A stretch of 12,840 nucleotides of DNA. It comes from Candidatus Firestoneibacteriota bacterium. GTDB lineage: Bacteria > Oederibacteriota > D2-FULL-39-29 > JBBTED01. The notes beneath the pieces were generated by a model. It searched no databases. It worked only from the letters and a program-made list of their open reading frames with translations, and was not told where the DNA came from. Position numbers and translations under genes: made by a program. The number at the start of each line of letters is the position of its first letter. Within the stretch, counting starts at the first letter, position 1. Location: positions 1 through 12,840 of the forward strand of contig JBBTED010000143.1 of assembly GCA_038042445.1 (NCBI GenBank), given 5' to 3'. This document shows, in pieces, positions 7,546 to 12,840 of this stretch.

Positions 7546-8598
7546 ATGGAAAAAGTGAGATTAGGAATTATTGGATGTGGAGATATTGCACATAAGAAGT
7601 TTTTACCTGCAATTAAGGAATTAGAAAAATGTCAGTTAGTAAAAGTGTGTGATATAAATGAAGAAGTTGCTAAACGAACAGCTGGAAATACAGTATCCTG
7701 GTGTACTGATTATAAAGAATTGTTAAAACAATCGGATATAGATGCTGTAATTATTACTACGCCTCATCCTTTTCATGCCGAAGTAATTATTGCTGCTGCA
7801 AAAGCACATAAACATATATTGGTGGAAAAGCCGATGGCTATAAGCCAAAAAGAGATAGATGCTATAGTGCAAATTGTCAGTAAAAATAAGATAAAATTTC
7901 TACCTTTGCCATTTTTTATTAGTCCTGCTTATTCTCTTGCTAAAGAACTTTTAAATGCAGGATATATTGGAGAAATTACCGGAGCAGAAGCTTCTACTGT
8001 AGGTTCTGAATTATTGCCATCTTCCTGGTATCTTTCACGGTTTGCAGGAGGAGGTGCAATTTTAGATTTAGGAGTTTATAGTATCAGCACAGTTATTGGA
8101 CTTTTAGGTCCTGCTGCTAATGTTTCAGCTATGCTTTCTCGTGGGATGTCAGAGGTGATAATGTCAAAAGGAAAGAAAGTGCCATTAGAGCAAGAAGATA
8201 ATGGACGAATAATATTGAAGTGGGAAAATCGTTCGTTAGCCAGTATTTTTTGTGGTTGGATGCAAGGGTGGAGTAAAAATATGATAACTATTACAGGTCG
8301 CGAAGGCGCATTAATTTTAAATGGTTGGCAGAATGACTCATTGTATATTTACTCCCAAAAAGCACTTTCTGTTGATTATGATAATGTGGAAATTTTAGGA
8401 TATAAAATGTATCGTCCTATATTGCCTATAGGAAAACATTACGGAATACCTCCTTTAGAATATTTCATAGATGCTATTTTAAATGATAAAAATTTAACCT
8501 TATATGCTCAGATACAAAGACATGTTATAGAGATAGTATTAAAGGCATATGAATCTGCAAGAAAAAAACAAGTAGTAAATCTGATTACTGGTTTTTAA
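7546..8598 (+). CDS. Gfo/Idh/MocA family oxidoreductase
   Basis: MEKVRLGIIGCG, KHILVEKP, GGGAILDLGVY, EDNG. RBS GAGGAGG at 7532-7538 supports ATG 7546 rather than TTG 7510. Confidence 0.9.
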   Translation: MEKVRLGIIGCGDIAHKKFLPAIKELEKCQLVKVCDINEEVAKRTAGNTVSWCTDYKELLKQSDIDAVIITTPHPFHAEVIIAAAKAHKHILVEKPMAISQKEIDAIVQIVSKNKIKFLPLPFFISPAYSLAKELLNAGYIGEITGAEASTVGSELLPSSWYLSRFAGGGAILDLGVYSISTVIGLLGPAANVSAMLSRGMSEVIMSKGKKVPLEQEDNGRIILKWENRSLASIFCGWMQGWSKNMITITGREGALILNGWQNDSLYIYSQKALSVDYDNVEILGYKMYRPILPIGKHYGIPPLEYFIDAILNDKNLTLYAQIQRHVIEIVLKAYESARKKQVVNLITGF

Positions 8599-8628
8599 AA
8601 AGCAGATAACACGAGGAGATGATAAAAT

Positions 8629-9957
8629 ATGTTTAAAAGACGTGCAAATACTTTGAATAAAATATGTATATTTTTATTTATTGTTATAGTGGTAATTTCA
8701 GGTTGTGTCAAAAAGGATAAAAAAGTAGTTTTACGGTTTGCGAACTGGATAACTCCTGGAGCTAGTGGCAGATACATTTATGATCTTATAGCAGAATTTG
8801 AAAAGACTCATCCTGGTGTAGAGATAAAATCAGAATTTGCATCAGGGCAGCCATATTGGAGAAAACTGTATACATCACATACAAGTGGAAATGCACCTGA
8901 TATATTTTGTATGGTTCCAAGTCAGCTTGTGAGGTTATCCTCAAAGGGTATGATGTTACCATTGGATGAGTTTTTGGCAAAAGAGGAATTCGGATTAAAT
9001 GATTATCAGCCTAATATTCGCAAGGTGATACAGTTCAGAGAAAAGGTATGGATGTTACCATTAGGATTCCACTCATTTGTTCTTTATTATAACAAAACAA
9101 TGTTTGATAAAGAGAAAATAAAATATCCTGATAAAAACTGGGGATGGAGTGATTTTTTAGATGCAGCAAAGAAACTAACTAAAGATACAAATGGTGATGG
9201 AAGGATAGATCAATATGGATTTAGTTCGTATCTTAACATTAATTATCTGAGTTTGTGGATTTATGGAAATGGAGGTAGAATTGTAGATGAAAGTGGAAAA
9301 AAAGTAATGTTGGACCATAAAGAAGCAATAGAGGCGTTGCAATTTATATCTGATTTAATTAACAAGTATAAAGTAGTACCGCGTGAAGCAGTAACAACAG
9401 GAGAGATGCAAAGCAATGTAGTGCAGGACTATTTTGCGAATGGAAAAGCAGGTATGTTTATATTGGGAGCATGGTGTATACCAAGGTTTAGAGAAGAGAT
9501 TAAAAGTTTTGATTGGGATATTGCACCATTTCCAAAAGGTAAGGCAAATCGCAGATGTAATCTTATTAATGCAGGTATATCAATATCTTCACAAACAAAG
9601 CATAGTAAATTAGCCTGGGAGTTTGTGAAGCAAATAGCAGGGCCTGTAGGAGTGCGTTTATCTGCAAAAGCAGGGCAAGATATTCCAGCATTAAATGATA
9701 AAGAAGCAAAGCATAATTTTTTGACAGCAGGGGAGAAGCCAAAGAATATAAAGTTATTTTTTGAAGCATTGGAGTATAGTGAACCAACCCCATTAAAAAT
9801 GGGATTTGAGTCAAATTGGGATAAATACTTAAAACCTGGTATGGAGAGTTTAATGTTAGGGAATGAAAGCGCAGAAAAGATGATGAAGAGAATTGGTCCT
9901 GAGTTACAAAAAGGGCTTGATGAATTCTGGAAAGATTTAGAAGTAGAGTCCAGGTAA
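8629..9957 (+). CDS. Sugar ABC transporter solute-binding lipoprotein
   Basis: Basic N-terminus, hydrophobic stretch and lipobox ISGC; FEKTHPGVEIK, GNAPDIF, LYYNKTMF, DTNGDGRIDQYG, FANGKAGM, AWEFVK motifs. Confidence 0.9.
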   Translation: MFKRRANTLNKICIFLFIVIVVISGCVKKDKKVVLRFANWITPGASGRYIYDLIAEFEKTHPGVEIKSEFASGQPYWRKLYTSHTSGNAPDIFCMVPSQLVRLSSKGMMLPLDEFLAKEEFGLNDYQPNIRKVIQFREKVWMLPLGFHSFVLYYNKTMFDKEKIKYPDKNWGWSDFLDAAKKLTKDTNGDGRIDQYGFSSYLNINYLSLWIYGNGGRIVDESGKKVMLDHKEAIEALQFISDLINKYKVVPREAVTTGEMQSNVVQDYFANGKAGMFILGAWCIPRFREEIKSFDWDIAPFPKGKANRRCNLINAGISISSQTKHSKLAWEFVKQIAGPVGVRLSAKAGQDIPALNDKEAKHNFLTAGEKPKNIKLFFEALEYSEPTPLKMGFESNWDKYLKPGMESLMLGNESAEKMMKRIGPELQKGLDEFWKDLEVESR

Positions 9958-9963
9958 TAAAAT

Positions 9964-11004
9964 ATGTGTAAATCTAGAGTAGTGCCAAATTTTGAACGAT
10001 TACGTAAAGTATTATTATTACAGGGGGAACCTGATAGAATTCCAATAGTAGAATTAGGCGTGGATGATTCCGTAAAAAAAGCATTTCTTGGCAGGGTATC
10101 ATTGACTGCTAAAGATAATGTTGATTTCTGGCATGAAGCTGGTTATGATTATATTAATTTATGGCTAAATTATGGATTAAGGCACGACAGTAGTGTTGAG
10201 AAAATAGCTGATATTGATAATGATTCTAAAGACAGAGTGTGGGCTCCAGAGGGGAAAGGTGCGATAACCACATGGGAAGAATTTGAAAAATTTCCATGGC
10301 CAGACAAAAAAATAAGCTATCAAAATTTTGAAGAAACAAATTTATATTTACCGGATGGGATGAAAATAATAGCAGGTGAAGGTAATATTTTTACACATAC
10401 ATGGGAAATGATGGGATTTGAATATTTTAGCTTTGCATTGGTTGAAAACCCTGATTTAGTGGAGGCAATTTTTAATAAAATTGGTGAAATTATATATTCA
10501 GCATTTAAAGGTGTAATGAGTTGTCCTAATTTAGGTGCTTTGTGGTTTACTGATGATATTGCTTATACAGAAGGATTAATGGTGTCCCCAAAAGTTCTTA
10601 GAAAATATTTATTCCCATGGATTAAAAAAATAGGGGATTTAGCAAAAGAGAATAATTTACCATATATTTATCATACAGATGGTAGATTATGGGAAGTGTT
10701 AGACGATTTAATTGATTGTGGAATTAATGCAATTCATCCTATGGAACCTAAAGCTTGGAATGCAGTAGAAGTTAAGAAAAAATACGGTAATAAATTGTGT
10801 TTGATTGGAAATATAGATTTAGATAGAATTTGCCGTGGAACAACTGTAGAAATAGAAGAAATGGTAAAAGAACGAATAAAAAATTTAGCGAAAGGTGGTG
10901 GATATTGTTTGGGTTCTAGCAATACAATTCCCAATTATGTTTCAATTGAAAATTACAAAGCAATGCTTGAAGCATCTTTTAAATATGGTAAATATCCGAT
11001 TTAG
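9964..11004 (+). CDS. Uroporphyrinogen decarboxylase / MtaA-CmuA (URO-D/CIMS) superfamily protein, function unknown
   Basis: GEPDRIP, MMGFEYFS..LVENPDLV, DDIAY..GLMVSP, YHTDG, LIGNID, GGGYCLGSSNTI...ENYKAM. Confidence 0.88.
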   Translation: MCKSRVVPNFERLRKVLLLQGEPDRIPIVELGVDDSVKKAFLGRVSLTAKDNVDFWHEAGYDYINLWLNYGLRHDSSVEKIADIDNDSKDRVWAPEGKGAITTWEEFEKFPWPDKKISYQNFEETNLYLPDGMKIIAGEGNIFTHTWEMMGFEYFSFALVENPDLVEAIFNKIGEIIYSAFKGVMSCPNLGALWFTDDIAYTEGLMVSPKVLRKYLFPWIKKIGDLAKENNLPYIYHTDGRLWEVLDDLIDCGINAIHPMEPKAWNAVEVKKKYGNKLCLIGNIDLDRICRGTTVEIEEMVKERIKNLAKGGGYCLGSSNTIPNYVSIENYKAMLEASFKYGKYPI

Positions 11005-11063
11005 ATTATGTGTAAATACCCAGTGAATGCTGTCCCACAACTATGATTAAGAGATTAAAAAAG

Positions 11064-11220
11064 GTACAAAAATCTATTAGAAAGCGAAGTTGTGTTAGGT
11101 AGATTTTCTAAGAGAAGGAATTTAAAGGGTTGTTTTGATTTAAAAATCGACCGTTGGGGTGAAGTCAAAAACGACTTTTTAAAATGTAGGTAAACATTGG
11201 CTGTTTCTTTTTTAAACAGC
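11064..11220. repeat. Dispersed structured repeat, copy 2 (isolated right end of the MITE/IS)
   Basis: Colinear with 6567-6739 apart from a ~15-nt gap in the first hairpin loop and scattered substitutions. The terminus is degenerate (AACAGCTT versus AACAGCCTC). Confidence 0.9.
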
Positions 11221-11234
11221 TTAAAACTACGAGG

Positions 11235-12071
11235 ATGGAGGAAAAAATAGGGTCCAAAAAAAATGTGTTGTTTGTAATGGTAGATCAGGTAATAGCGAAA
11301 ACACTTGGTTCTTATGGTGGAAGTTGTCAGACACCTAATATAGATAATTTATCTAAAGAAGGAATAACTTTTGATAATGCGTATACACCAACATCTCTTT
11401 GTTCACCTGCAAGGGCGTCTATTTTTACAGGCAAACTCCCAATTAAGCATGGTATTATAGCCAATACTGGTGAACCGTATGGAAAATCTGAATCTGAAAT
11501 TGAAAATGTGAAAAGTGTTATAACACATTATCTTTTAAATGCAGGTTATAAATGTGGATATGCAGGCAAATGGCATATAGGAGAAAAAAAAGGGCCGCGT
11601 GAATATGGTTTTGAAGGCACAAAGATTTCTCATTATGGGTGGCCTGGTTTTGTTGAAGAGTATGATGAATTTTTAAAAAAGCAAGATCACGTAGGGTTAA
11701 ATGCAATACAGGTTAAAAATTTAATAGCAGAAGAATCTTTACCTGAAAAATCTTATGGGTTATTTTCTGAAACAATGCAAAGACTAGTGAAGATTGGCGT
11801 TTTATATTCAGCTACAATAGATTTGCCAACAAACCTTACAGAACCTGGTTTTGTTGCTGAAAAAACTATAGAACTGCTTAAAAAATACAAAGACAAACCA
11901 TTTTTTATAACAGCATCATTTTGGGGACCTCACCATCCTGCATTTCCTTCACCAGAATTTACAGGCAGACATAATCCTGAGGATATACCGGAATGGGGAA
12001 ATTTTCACGATGATCTTTCTAATAAGCCACGAATACAAAAAAGATACATCAAATCTTTTCATAGAAAATTA
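11235..12071 (+). pseudogene. Cys-type (formylglycine-dependent) sulfatase interrupted by an IS after codon 279
   Basis: NVLFVMVDQ, TPNIDNL, LCSPARASIFTG (CxPxR), GKWH, PHHP. Residues after HRKL (GSFVFRVN... to the stop at 12143) are read-through into the IS end, and the C-terminal sulfatase motifs are missing. Confidence 0.88.
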
Positions 12072-12778
12072 GGTTCTTTCGTATTTAGGGTGAATATCTT
12101 CTTGGGTTTAATAACCCACAATGCTGATGAATTTTCAGCTTAAAGTACTCGACATCTTTATATCCATAAGCCATTCGTTTAAGACGTTTGATTTTATTAT
12201 TAATCCCTTCTGATATAGCCGAGCTGATTTTCTTTTTGAACCAGTTGACGATGTATTGCAGTTTATCCCGAAAACTTTCAGCTATGGTTCTAAATGTTTC
12301 TACGGCACTTGAGAGAGCGTTTTTAATCCACTCCTCAAGATAACTCTGAGCTTCTTCAGGCGTTTCGTAATCGTAAACCTTCAGGAAGCTTTCTTTTAAA
12401 AGCATAGCCTTGTAAATCGGCTCGTTTATCTCACAAAGTCTTTTTAGATAACCCGCTTGGTTTTGGGTAAGGTTATTCTTGTTTTTAAGTAAAATAAATC
12501 TCTGGCGACAGTTCATCAGGCTAATTAGTTCATCGTTGTCTTCTTTGCGGGCTTTGAGTAATTCTTGTTTTCTGGTCATATCCACCGCCCAGTTAAGCTT
12601 CTGCATAATATGGAATTTGTCGTATACGATTAAAGCATTTACGGCATATTTAACTGTTGAACCGATAAAAGTACGTGCGCCGTCTAAAGCTACCGATTCT
12701 ATTCGTTTACAATTGTCTTCACCTATACCAGCGTAATACCTGTCCAAAACTTCAGTTTTCCTGCCTTTGTCGTCCCAA
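12072..12778 (-). mobile_element. ISL3-family insertion sequence, 3' portion
   Basis: Terminus GGTTCTTTCG at 12072 fits the GG(C/T)TCT-type ISL3 ends, the transposase stop lies 13 nt inside it, and the stretch looks less AT-rich than the flanking genes. The other end is not visible. Confidence 0.82.
12085..12777 (-). pseudogene. ISL3-family transposase, C-terminal fragment
   Basis: VALDG, IVYDKFHI, SSAISEGINNKIKRLKRMAYGY...YFKLKI motifs. The N-terminal half, including the GIDE motif, is absent, and all three minus-strand frames have stops within 12781-12840. Confidence 0.88.
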
Positions 12779-12840
12779 CTTGCGTACTTTCCCACTAAAA
12801 AAGCCTCTTTTTAGGTACCACTAAAAAATAAAGTCTTGAT

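Noticed and set aside
9184..9210. DTNGDGRID as a novel EF-hand-like calcium site
   Set aside because: This motif is common in this class of sugar-binding proteins.
1979..10934. Short minus-strand ORFs (1979-2257, 4563-4781, 5109-5297, 6750-7013, 7128-7409, 8595-8777, 8786-8980, 9566-9814, 10734-10934)
   Set aside because: Antisense shadows of well-supported + strand genes with no recognisable motifs.
9964..11004. Assignment as hemE
   Set aside because: No RQAGR motif and no tetrapyrrole pathway context.
11007..11017. TATGTGTAAAT repeated at 9963-9973 and just after the UroD-like stop
   Set aside because: Only 11 AT-rich bases and the similarity does not extend. It could be a third duplication scar but cannot be separated from chance.
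11518..12736. ORFs 11518-11706 (-) and 12479-12736 (+)
   Set aside because: Antisense to the sulfatase and the transposase respectively, with no independent coding evidence.

Overview
AT-rich bacterial window, probably from an anaerobe, holding a co-oriented + strand carbohydrate-catabolism cluster. Block 1 (1-6254) has two Gfo/Idh/MocA oxidoreductases, a xylose-isomerase-like TIM-barrel protein, a glycyl-radical-enzyme (GRE) activase and a short 720-aa GRE whose Cys loop reads GCHW instead of the usual GCxE or CC. Block 2 (6766-11004) has a secreted carbohydrate-binding-like protein, a 40-codon relic of a UroD-like gene, a third Gfo/Idh/MocA gene, a sugar ABC solute-binding lipoprotein and an intact UroD/MtaA-fold gene. 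A Cys-type sulfatase follows, cut by an ISL3-family element whose own transposase is broken near the window end. The gap at 6255-6765 holds a degenerate REP-like palindrome and a 355-bp MITE-like element with inverted ends and a GATTT target duplication. A structured ~160-bp part of that element recurs at 11064-11220. The best novelty candidate is the atypical GRE inside a sugar oxidoreductase/sulfatase/UroD-like pathway. All family calls come from reading motifs by eye; no searches were run.
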